DNA from: Promethearchaeota archaeon
Lineage (GTDB): Archaea > Asgardarchaeota > Lokiarchaeia > Sigyniarchaeales > SOKP01
NCBI GenBank assembly: GCA_030599585.1
Contig: JAUVNS010000003.1
Span: 192,001 to 256,000, forward strand
Reading direction: 5' to 3'
DNA: 64,000 nucleotides
Shown: positions 1 to 7,978 of the stretch, in pieces
Layout: the number at the start of each line of letters is the position of its first letter
Numbering within the stretch: the stretch's first letter is position 1
Notes under the pieces: model-generated
Database searches by the model: none
What the model was told of the DNA's origin: nothing
What the model saw: only the letters and a program-made list of their open reading frames with translations
Position numbers and translations under genes: made by a program

Positions 1-64
1 GTACATATAAGATTTATTGTATTTTTTTTGAATAATTTATCAAGGATCAAAATATCTTTTTAAT

Positions 65-697
65 ATGTCTAATACTTATTTAGGACCCGCATATCGCATC
101 GAATCTGAGCGTTTGGTTATTAGGTGTTATAATCCTACAGATGCGCTTTATTTACAAAAAGCAATTCAAGAAAGTGTTGAACATCTTCGACCGTGGATGC
201 CGTGGGTAAAAGACGAACCTGAAGAATTGAAAGTCAAAATAGAACGTCTTAGGTTGTTCCGTGCCGATTTTGATTTAAGTAAAAATTATGTGTATGGCGT
301 CTTCGATCCTAACGAGACTGGATTACTAGGAGGAACCGGCCTCCATCCAAGAGTCGGATCAAACGCGTTTGAAATCGGGTATTGGATACATGTGAACCAT
401 GTCAATAAAGGATATGCCACAGAAATCTCTGCTGCTCTCACTAAAGTAGCATTTGAGGTAGAAAACGTAAATCGTGTAGAAATTCACTGTGATCCAAAAA
501 ATATTAAAAGTGCTGCAATTCCAAAAAAATTAGGATACGTATATGAAGCCACATTACGAAATAGATGTGAAAATGTTGAAGGAGAACTAATAGATTCTAT
601 GATTTGGTCATTACAGAAAGAGGATTACTTAAAATCTCCATGCGCTAAAGCAAAAATAGTTGCCTATGATGCTTTCGGTAATCTAATTATCGCTTAA
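65..697 (+). CDS. GNAT N-acetyltransferase, RimJ/RimL family
   Basis: ERLVIR N-terminus, EIGYWI..GYATE acetyl-CoA motif, N.KSAAIPKKLGY.YE. Confidence 0.9.
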   Translation: MSNTYLGPAYRIESERLVIRCYNPTDALYLQKAIQESVEHLRPWMPWVKDEPEELKVKIERLRLFRADFDLSKNYVYGVFDPNETGLLGGTGLHPRVGSNAFEIGYWIHVNHVNKGYATEISAALTKVAFEVENVNRVEIHCDPKNIKSAAIPKKLGYVYEATLRNRCENVEGELIDSMIWSLQKEDYLKSPCAKAKIVAYDAFGNLIIA

Positions 698-731
698 TTT
701 GAATCAAATCTTGTAAAGAGCTAATTTCAAC

Positions 732-1472
732 TCATTTTCCTAATAGTGACTTCATACTCTTGAGTATTATTTCAATCTCGCTATCGAAAGCTTTAACCCT
801 ATCGAAATTAAGTTTATTTACTTGAAGTAGTTGTGAAACTGCAAATTCAGGAGATTTGTTAATTTCCTTTGCCAATTTAATCGATTCATCAAGAACCTGT
901 TCAGCATTCACAACTTTATTTATTAGGTTTAATTTCAAAGCTTCATCTGCTTTAAGAAATGTTTCTTTAGATCCTGTATTTAAGCAGATTTCAAGCGCTT
1001 TACCACGACCTACAAGTTCCATATACGGGAAGAATAATGGACACGCACCAAACCTTATTTCAGGATGACCAAATAAAGCATCGTTTGATGCAATTCTGAG
1101 GTGGCATATAACTGCAAGATCAAACGCACCTGCAAGAGCGTATCCATTTATAGCAGCTATCATTACTTTAGGAAAATCAAATAATGTTTGATGAAAAAGA
1201 TGATTAGACTCTACAAAAGCTTCGTAATCCCCTTCACCTTGCACAACTTTTTGAACTTCGTCTCTATCAAAACCAGCGGAAAAAAAATCTTTCCCTCCAT
1301 AAAATATTACGACTCTTACTCTTTTATTGGCTTTAAGATCATTTAACGCATCTATGATTTCTGAACGCATATCCGTACTAAGAGCATTTTTTTTATCGTG
1401 GCGATTGAAATTAAGAACGCAAATGCCTCGCTTAAAATCTAAATTTATGAAATTATATTTTTTCGATTCCAT
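732..1472 (-). CDS. enoyl-CoA hydratase/isomerase (crotonase) family
   Basis: NRHDKKNAL, FSAGFD, IAAINGYALAG, FGHPEI. Confidence 0.92.
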   Translation of the reverse strand: MESKKYNFINLDFKRGICVLNFNRHDKKNALSTDMRSEIIDALNDLKANKRVRVVIFYGGKDFFSAGFDRDEVQKVVQGEGDYEAFVESNHLFHQTLFDFPKVMIAAINGYALAGAFDLAVICHLRIASNDALFGHPEIRFGACPLFFPYMELVGRGKALEICLNTGSKETFLKADEALKLNLINKVVNAEQVLDESIKLAKEINKSPEFAVSQLLQVNKLNFDRVKAFDSEIEIILKSMKSLLGK

Positions 1473-1502
1473 AGAATCATTAACGTAAAATCATTAATAA
1501 TT

Positions 1503-2297
1503 CTATTTTCTCTCCCTTATCTTACCATTTAAACTTAAGATGACTTCTCTCATTTCATCTAACGCTTTCTCCGCTAATTCTACTCCGTTCTCAATGTTAA
1601 AACCAGTTATAGACAGTTCAACTTCCAATGAAAGTCCGATCCTCGGATGGGTTTTAATCCAAAGCTGGGGGAATTTATTCTCGATTTTAGCTACATACGG
1701 AGCTATCTGCGACTCGCCAATACCCATAAAAAATAAGCCTTTCTCAACAAACTTTCCTCTTCTTTCTTTTAAAATTGGTTTAACGACATTTTGGAAGATT
1801 GCTTTCATCTCTGATGGAACACCTGGGAGTATAAAAATAGTAGTATCTCCTTCTGTTAATTTAACTCCCGGAGCAGTCCCTCTGATATTTGGTAATGGTA
1901 TTGATCCTTGAGGAAGATAGCTCATCTTCTCTCTTTCTTTCGTCATCCCTTGAAGTTTTAGAATTCCTCTTTGGTAAGCATGTTCATAAGCTTTTTTTAC
2001 GGAATTATATGCGTGTTCATTGAGTTGTAATTCTCGATTCAAGCCCCTCGCTACTCCAGCCAACGTCATATCATCAAAAGTTGGTCCAAGACCCCCTGTT
2101 GTAATTATGATGTCGGGTTTGCGTTCTAAAATAGTTTGTAGAGTTGTTGAAATAATCTCAATGTCGTCTTCAATAGCAGTGATCCTTTTTAGTCTATGAC
2201 CATATTTAGCAATTCTTTTAGCTAACCAATATGAATTAGTATCTTGAGTTTTTCCAATAAGGATTTCGTTCCCGATAACTAAAATTTCAACTTCCAT
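1503..2297 (-). CDS. cinA: CinA-like molybdopterin-binding domain protein
   Basis: IGNEILIGKTQDTN, TTGGLGPTFDDMT, LPGVPSEM. Confidence 0.88.
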   Translation of the reverse strand: MEVEILVIGNEILIGKTQDTNSYWLAKRIAKYGHRLKRITAIEDDIEIISTTLQTILERKPDIIITTGGLGPTFDDMTLAGVARGLNRELQLNEHAYNSVKKAYEHAYQRGILKLQGMTKEREKMSYLPQGSIPLPNIRGTAPGVKLTEGDTTIFILPGVPSEMKAIFQNVVKPILKERRGKFVEKGLFFMGIGESQIAPYVAKIENKFPQLWIKTHPRIGLSLEVELSITGFNIENGVELAEKALDEMREVILSLNGKIRERK

Positions 2298-2424
2298 TAT
2301 TCACTCTCTCAGAACTATTTAATATTATTAATTAGGAATCTCTTAATGTTCAAAGAAATTTTAAATTATTCTTAATATCCTAATATAATCACTATTTTTT
2401 ATAAAAAGTTTTGAGTACGGAACG

Positions 2425-2985
2425 ATGACGATTGAAATCGACGATAGTGGAACTGGAGATTTAGTTGGAGATGCGTTTATAGGTTTTTATAGGAAAAAAC
2501 CTGAAAAAATTATTTTTAAAACTCTCCCTGTAGACCTGTTTAAAGGAGAAAACTGGAAAAATAAAATGCCACTAAAGAAAACTGTTGATTTAGTAAAAGA
2601 AGGTTTAAAGGAGCTAAACTTCGATAAAGATAAAGAAAAAGTTCTTCTATGTCGGGGTAATATCTTCGATGAAGTAAGAGCGTATTTCATTGAAGAAGGC
2701 ATATTATACGAGGCTGCTATTATTGAGGGAAAACTTCAAGACGCCGTTGAAATGAGACTTGTCGATCACTTACGGAACGATTTAGGAGTTAGGTCAAGGA
2801 AATTAACAATTAAAAGCGGTGCAAAGAGGTACTTTGTTCTTTTTAATTGGGTCTCGTACGACTTCTATAGAAGAGAAAAGTACGTTAAATCTGGATTCAA
2901 AAAATGGAATACCGTGTGGCGGGAACGAGCTATTGAAAAGTACGAAGAAATTAAAAATAATAGAAGGCAAAATAACCGATATTAA
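2425..2985 (+). CDS. hypothetical protein, possible RNase H-like fold
   Basis: N-terminal IEIDDSGTGDLVG resembles RNase HII/HIII GxDExGxG. Confidence 0.5.
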   Translation: MTIEIDDSGTGDLVGDAFIGFYRKKPEKIIFKTLPVDLFKGENWKNKMPLKKTVDLVKEGLKELNFDKDKEKVLLCRGNIFDEVRAYFIEEGILYEAAIIEGKLQDAVEMRLVDHLRNDLGVRSRKLTIKSGAKRYFVLFNWVSYDFYRREKYVKSGFKKWNTVWRERAIEKYEEIKNNRRQNNRY

Positions 2986-2994
2986 AAGTAAATA

Positions 2995-3678
2995 ATGAAG
3001 ATCGTTGTATTTGCTCCTCACCCAGACGATGAGATATTTTCGTGCGCAGGATCAATACTAAAATGGCTGAAAGAAGGTCATAATGTCCATATAGTTTACG
3101 TAACAGACAATCGTGCCTTAATCACATGGGGAAAAAAGAATAATCAAATTATAATAGAAGAGGCACGAGATTATCTTAATTTAAGCGATGATCAAGTTGG
3201 TGAAATCGGACTTAAAGAAGCTAAATCAGTTGCTAAAGCTTTTGGTTTTCCGAAAGAGGCTGTTCATTTGTTTAAATTCCACGATCAAGACGCTTTGAAT
3301 CAACTCAGCAGAGGAATAACTCTTGCTAAAGCGATTATTTACAATGCAGATCGAATAGTAATACCCAGTGACAATAATAACCATCCAGATCATCAAGCAA
3401 CTCATACCATTGCGAAAGAAGCGGCTATAGAACTCAATCTGGTAAACGCTGGATTTTATGTGTACGCAATTTACAATATAATGAAAGCTCCTATGGAAAA
3501 ACAGATAAAAATTCGCATAACAGAATACCGTGATCAAATATACAATATAATGGCTCTTTATAAGACTCAATTAACTCTTAAAGACACAAGAATGGGATGG
3601 ATTACCTTGAAAAGAAAGAGATCTGAGAGATTTGGTGTTTTTAATTTGAGCGATGCGAGAAAATTCTATAACTTCTAA
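2995..3678 (+). CDS. PIG-L/LmbE family deacetylase
   Basis: APHPDDE and HPDH metal motifs. Confidence 0.9.
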   Translation: MKIVVFAPHPDDEIFSCAGSILKWLKEGHNVHIVYVTDNRALITWGKKNNQIIIEEARDYLNLSDDQVGEIGLKEAKSVAKAFGFPKEAVHLFKFHDQDALNQLSRGITLAKAIIYNADRIVIPSDNNNHPDHQATHTIAKEAAIELNLVNAGFYVYAIYNIMKAPMEKQIKIRITEYRDQIYNIMALYKTQLTLKDTRMGWITLKRKRSERFGVFNLSDARKFYNF

Positions 3679-3693
3679 CGAAGTAAATATACT

Positions 3694-4389
3694 CTATTTC
3701 ATATCGGTTCCACAAGTTGGGCATTTCTTAGATTTAGACGATATTTCGCTTCCACAGGCAAAACAAATAATATTTGACGCATTAATGGGTGGATCTGGCT
3801 CAATTCTTTTTGATAGCGGTAAATCCTTCTTTTCCTTTTTAGAAATGTCCAGGCTATGATCTTGATCTTGGATCTTTTTAATGTGGTCTTTATCGTGAGG
3901 AGATATGATTTTAAACTCTTCAGTCGTTTCAATTTCCGTGAATCCAATAGGTAGGTTTTTAATATCGCTGTTTTCCACAACTTTAACTTCTTCAATATCA
4001 TCTGGAGTAATAATTACTTCAGATTCATTCGAGTTTTCGGATATTGAATTTGACATGTGTTTGAGTATAGTCTCGTTTTGAGTTGGTTCTGTTGTTATTT
4101 CTGAATCTATACTTTGACGAATGGGTTTCTGCTCTGTATGCTGAGCAACTCTTCTCTGGCTTATGAGTTTTTGTTTAAGGTTTTTAATATGGTTTATCAT
4201 TTGTTTAGTCTTATCAATAAGCATTGATTTGTAAGAAAATTCGAGATTTGGCGTTTTTGAGACTCCTAAAGTCATGTCGCAAATTTCTAACCACAAATCT
4301 ACAGCTTCTTGAACTTTATTGTGCTTTTCTAAACCATTCGCTTTATTAATTTTATAGCTTAGTTCTTGGTTGAATTTTGCAATATCCAT
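3694..4389 (-). CDS. MIT-like helical N-terminus, linker and C-terminal C4 zinc ribbon
   Basis: CFAC..CPTC at C-terminus; three amphipathic helices at N-terminus. Confidence 0.6.
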   Translation of the reverse strand: MDIAKFNQELSYKINKANGLEKHNKVQEAVDLWLEICDMTLGVSKTPNLEFSYKSMLIDKTKQMINHIKNLKQKLISQRRVAQHTEQKPIRQSIDSEITTEPTQNETILKHMSNSISENSNESEVIITPDDIEEVKVVENSDIKNLPIGFTEIETTEEFKIISPHDKDHIKKIQDQDHSLDISKKEKKDLPLSKRIEPDPPINASNIICFACGSEISSKSKKCPTCGTDMK

Positions 4390-4531
4390 TCCTATCAGAC
4401 TAAAATTTTAATTTCTTCTCAAGAAGATCAAGTAAATCTAACTATTTATAATGTTAATATAGGGATATAATAAAAATTAATAATCGGAACTTTTATTTGT
4501 TTATTAAAGCAATAACTTTCGTTATCAATTT

Positions 4532-6424
4532 ATGTCGTTTCGACCTTTTTCGTCTAGTGAACTTGAAAATTTACAACAAGTAATCGAGAAGAATGGATTC
4601 AAGATAGACGGTACCATAGAAAATTATTTTAGATACAGCGTAAAGAAGGATAAATTAATATTATTCACAATTAAATTTCCAGTATCATTACCTTTACGGT
4701 TTAATTTTCCGTTTGAAGTAGTAAGTTTTCGAATTAGCCTTGCTTTTAAATTGTGGGATTTGAATCAAAATACAAACAAAGTAATCATATTCATCGTGAA
4801 AATGCTCAGAGATTTAGCTCTTCAAATTTCACTGGAGCACAACTTTCCTATTAAAGGTAAAGAGATTCCCCTCCTTGAATTATTGAATAAAATAATTCCT
4901 GAAACAATCAACGAAGAAAACGATAGTAGATGGTTAAACCGTATACGTATATCACTTATGAATAAACACCATGAGTTCGAGGATTACGATAAGATTTACA
5001 CTGATAAAATCGTAAGTGTTTTAGATCAAGTTAGGTTAAAACCAACGTTCAGTTTGCCATGGGAACTAAAAGAAGGTGTACCAAAGCTCCGAACGTCAGA
5101 AACATTATTTTTTTCTAACGATGAACCCTTTGACGAATTCTTTATTTTAGAAAAAGGGTATTTTACATTTTTTAAAGATTTAGAATACAATAAGTTCTAC
5201 ATTAGATCATCATTTGACTCCTATACGCCATATATTGTAAGTTCTTTATTTAACGACGCTGAGTTTCGCCTTGAAACTTATGTAGAAAATTGGATTAAAT
5301 TTTCGCGTATGATGTTGAATTCAATAATAGAAATAATTAATTTAGCAAAAATCAATCAAAACGATTTTATCAAATTTAATCCAGAAAAAGAATTAGATTC
5401 GAACGATTTTGAATCAGGCCTAAATAATTTTCCCTTCTCGGCTCTCCACTATGAAAGCACGCTGTCTAAGGGAGAATTATATCATATCCATAACGACCTT
5501 TTTAATACACCACCAACTAATTTTGAGGTTATTAAATCAATTAATTCCTATATCGATGCCGAAGATCTAATTAAAAATTATCGATTTGATGAAGCAACTC
5601 AGCTCCTAAATAACTCATTAAAAATATTTAATAAAAATCGCCAAAAAAAAGTAGTTGTTTCAATATTATTAAAATTGAGAGAGATTGCTACATTGCTCAA
5701 TCAAGAAGATATCGCTGTAAATTATTTACGGAGTGCCTTAGGAGTCGCTAAATCAGGAGAGGTTCCAATTGATTATATCATAAAAATTCACTATTATTTA
5801 GGAAAATGGCTTTATGAAAAGGAAGAATACGATAAAGCAATGGAACATTTTAATATCATCGTAAAATTCTTAGAAAACGAGGAAATATCTATTAATAAGG
5901 ACGAATTTCTAGGAATGGCTTATCTATATACAGGTTTAATTCATTTAGAGCAAAAAAAATTAGCAAATGTTAAAATGGATTTTAGAAAGGCCCTCCAATT
6001 AGGTAATAACTCACTTAAAGTAAAGCTTAATTACCATCTCATGCGAGCAAAAAATTACAAATCCAAAGGTAATCTTTCTCAAGCTCAAAAACTTTTAAGA
6101 GCTGGAATAGATTCAGTCGGGATTAATTTTGATGAAGATAAAGAATTCGTTCCAATACTCTATGATTTGGTTCTAGAATTAGCTGAGTTTTACATACATC
6201 ACAGAGTAGATTCAAAGAGAGCACTTTATTTAATGAAAAATCTTGAAAAAAAACTCTCGCTCAATTTAAAAGAAATTTCAGGCATTCGTCGAGCAATACG
6301 TTGGAACTTATTGATGTGTGATTATTATGATATATTAGCGAGAGACAGTAATAGTTCTACACATTATTACCAGCAAAGCCAGGTTTTAATAAATCAGCTG
6401 AAAAAAATTGGAGTTATAGGGTAA
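4532..6424 (+). CDS. TPR-repeat protein
   Basis: C-terminal half has YYLGKWLY..EYDKAMEHF and AYLYTGLIH..FRKALQ TPR-like units. Confidence 0.75.
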   Translation: MSFRPFSSSELENLQQVIEKNGFKIDGTIENYFRYSVKKDKLILFTIKFPVSLPLRFNFPFEVVSFRISLAFKLWDLNQNTNKVIIFIVKMLRDLALQISLEHNFPIKGKEIPLLELLNKIIPETINEENDSRWLNRIRISLMNKHHEFEDYDKIYTDKIVSVLDQVRLKPTFSLPWELKEGVPKLRTSETLFFSNDEPFDEFFILEKGYFTFFKDLEYNKFYIRSSFDSYTPYIVSSLFNDAEFRLETYVENWIKFSRMMLNSIIEIINLAKINQNDFIKFNPEKELDSNDFESGLNNFPFSALHYESTLSKGELYHIHNDLFNTPPTNFEVIKSINSYIDAEDLIKNYRFDEATQLLNNSLKIFNKNRQKKVVVSILLKLREIATLLNQEDIAVNYLRSALGVAKSGEVPIDYIIKIHYYLGKWLYEKEEYDKAMEHFNIIVKFLENEEISINKDEFLGMAYLYTGLIHLEQKKLANVKMDFRKALQLGNNSLKVKLNYHLMRAKNYKSKGNLSQAQKLLRAGIDSVGINFDEDKEFVPILYDLVLELAEFYIHHRVDSKRALYLMKNLEKKLSLNLKEISGIRRAIRWNLLMCDYYDILARDSNSSTHYYQQSQVLINQLKKIGVIG

Positions 6425-6439
6425 TTATTTAAAAAAGAG

Positions 6440-6643
6440 TTATCGTTTATAACTTGCGCGTTTAGCACCGAGAGAATCTTTTTGTCCACCGTATTTACCA
6501 TTCACTATTCGACTCTCGTAAAGAAAACGATATCTCATCCGAGGTGGTTTTTTCTTTCTCGAATTAACTCCAGTTCTTTGTATTTTGGGTGTTTGCTGTT
6601 TAACTTTCCCAGCTTTTGTTAAACTACCATGAGATCCGGGCAT
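6440..6643 (-). CDS. rps30e: 30S ribosomal protein eS30 (S30e)
   Basis: SHGSLTKAGKVKQQTPKI signature; standalone, no ubiquitin-like fusion. Confidence 0.95.
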   Translation of the reverse strand: MPGSHGSLTKAGKVKQQTPKIQRTGVNSRKKKPPRMRYRFLYESRIVNGKYGGQKDSLGAKRASYKR

Positions 6644-6819
6644 TTTTTATAAATCTCTTAATTTTTTTTTTTAGTAATAGAACTTAAAAGTATCTATTAT
6701 ACTTCTTTATAATAATGAATACCTCTTAAATTTTATTCTAAGCTAATAAAAATTGGACTCCAAATTTTTTATTTAGTACAAAAGAATTTAGATCGTAGTA
6801 ATTTAACCTTGAATTTACT

Positions 6820-6993
6820 ATGCCAGAGAATAAAACACCAGAAAATATGGAAAAAGAGCTAAAAGTAGTTGAAAAGAAAATCCAATTTGGGGAAAATGAA
6901 TATTTATGCTTCGCTTGTGGTGAAAAAATTGCTATTGATACATTGATCTGCCCTTATTGTAAAACAGCACAAGATAAAAAAGAATTATATTAA
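6820..6993 (+). CDS. small C4 zinc-ribbon protein (57 aa, not in ORF track)
   Basis: ATG 6820 to TAA 6993: MPENKTPENMEKELKVVEKKIQFGENEYLCFACGEKIAIDTLICPYCKTAQDKKELY. Confidence 0.75.
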   Translation: MPENKTPENMEKELKVVEKKIQFGENEYLCFACGEKIAIDTLICPYCKTAQDKKELY

Positions 6994-7051
6994 AATGATA
7001 AAGCCTTTACTAGTAATAGAATCTATTTACACGTAGAACAAATTTTCCCAA

Positions 7052-7543
7052 ATGAGTGTTAGAGATTACAACAAAAAAAGCTTCTCAGCAGTGATAGGAT
7101 TAGTTGTTTTCTTAGTTGTTTGTTTCCTCACTATAGGACTATTTTTTGTTGAAGTAGTTATTCTATTAGTGATTGTAATTCCAATATTAGTTATTACATT
7201 CATTGGTCTTATCGTTTATCGATATTCTGGGGAATCTAAAAAACATTGTCCTCGCTGCAATATTCCCATTAGCGTATACACCGAATTTTGCCGTAATTGT
7301 GGTTTAAAACTAATAAACAAGTGTCCAAATTGTAACATTTACATGGATGGAAATATTAATTATTGCGACAGTTGCGGATTTGAATTCCCCAAATACGAAG
7401 GAGATAAATTACCTTTTGAGTATAAAGTATACGAACAGGGAGAACATGTGCCAGAAAAACCTAATTTTTGTCCAACTTGCGGGGCATCCTTAAAAAATGC
7501 TGAAAATCTTAGATTTTGCGAATTCTGTGGTTCAAAAATTTGA
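7052..7543 (+). CDS. membrane-anchored multi zinc-ribbon (DZR) protein
   Basis: two N-terminal hydrophobic segments, then six CxxC pairs. Confidence 0.85.
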   Translation: MSVRDYNKKSFSAVIGLVVFLVVCFLTIGLFFVEVVILLVIVIPILVITFIGLIVYRYSGESKKHCPRCNIPISVYTEFCRNCGLKLINKCPNCNIYMDGNINYCDSCGFEFPKYEGDKLPFEYKVYEQGEHVPEKPNFCPTCGASLKNAENLRFCEFCGSKI

Positions 7544-7698
7544 ATAATCGTTTAATAGTAGGAGTTCAAAAAATTTTTTAATCCTAAATTATTTAGTCTT
7601 TTCATAAAACTGAAATAAAATAAGTAATTTGTAACGTTATAAGTTAGTAGTTATTTCAAACAAATTATTTTGCGCCACGACTTATTTACCTAAAACAT

Positions 7699-7772
7699 GG
7701 GGGCGTGGCGAAGCTCGGTATCGCGGCAGGCTCCAGACTTGTTGGTCACCGGTTCAAATCCGGTCGCTCCCA
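7699..7772 (+). tRNA. trnW: tRNA-Trp(CCA), no intron, CCA end not encoded
   Basis: acceptor GGGGGCG/CGCTCCC+A; anticodon arm GCAGG-CTCCAGA-CTTGT; T arm ACCGG-TTCAAAT-CCGGT. Confidence 0.93.
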
Positions 7773-7978
7773 CTTATTTTTTCTAAATCTTTCTAATTCC
7801 ACCATTTTAATAATTCTGAATCGTGCATATCATTTGAAGCGAAATAAACTGCACATCTATAGACATATAACACACATTTGTCAATTATTTCTCCTTTAAA
7901 CACACAAACTTCTCCCCTTTTTTTTATTTAATAATTTAATAAAATTTAAAATAAACAAACATTAATTGAAAGTAAATT

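Noticed and set aside
7705-7899. 64-aa ORF in the track
   Set aside because: Overlaps tRNA-Trp; translation is an artefact
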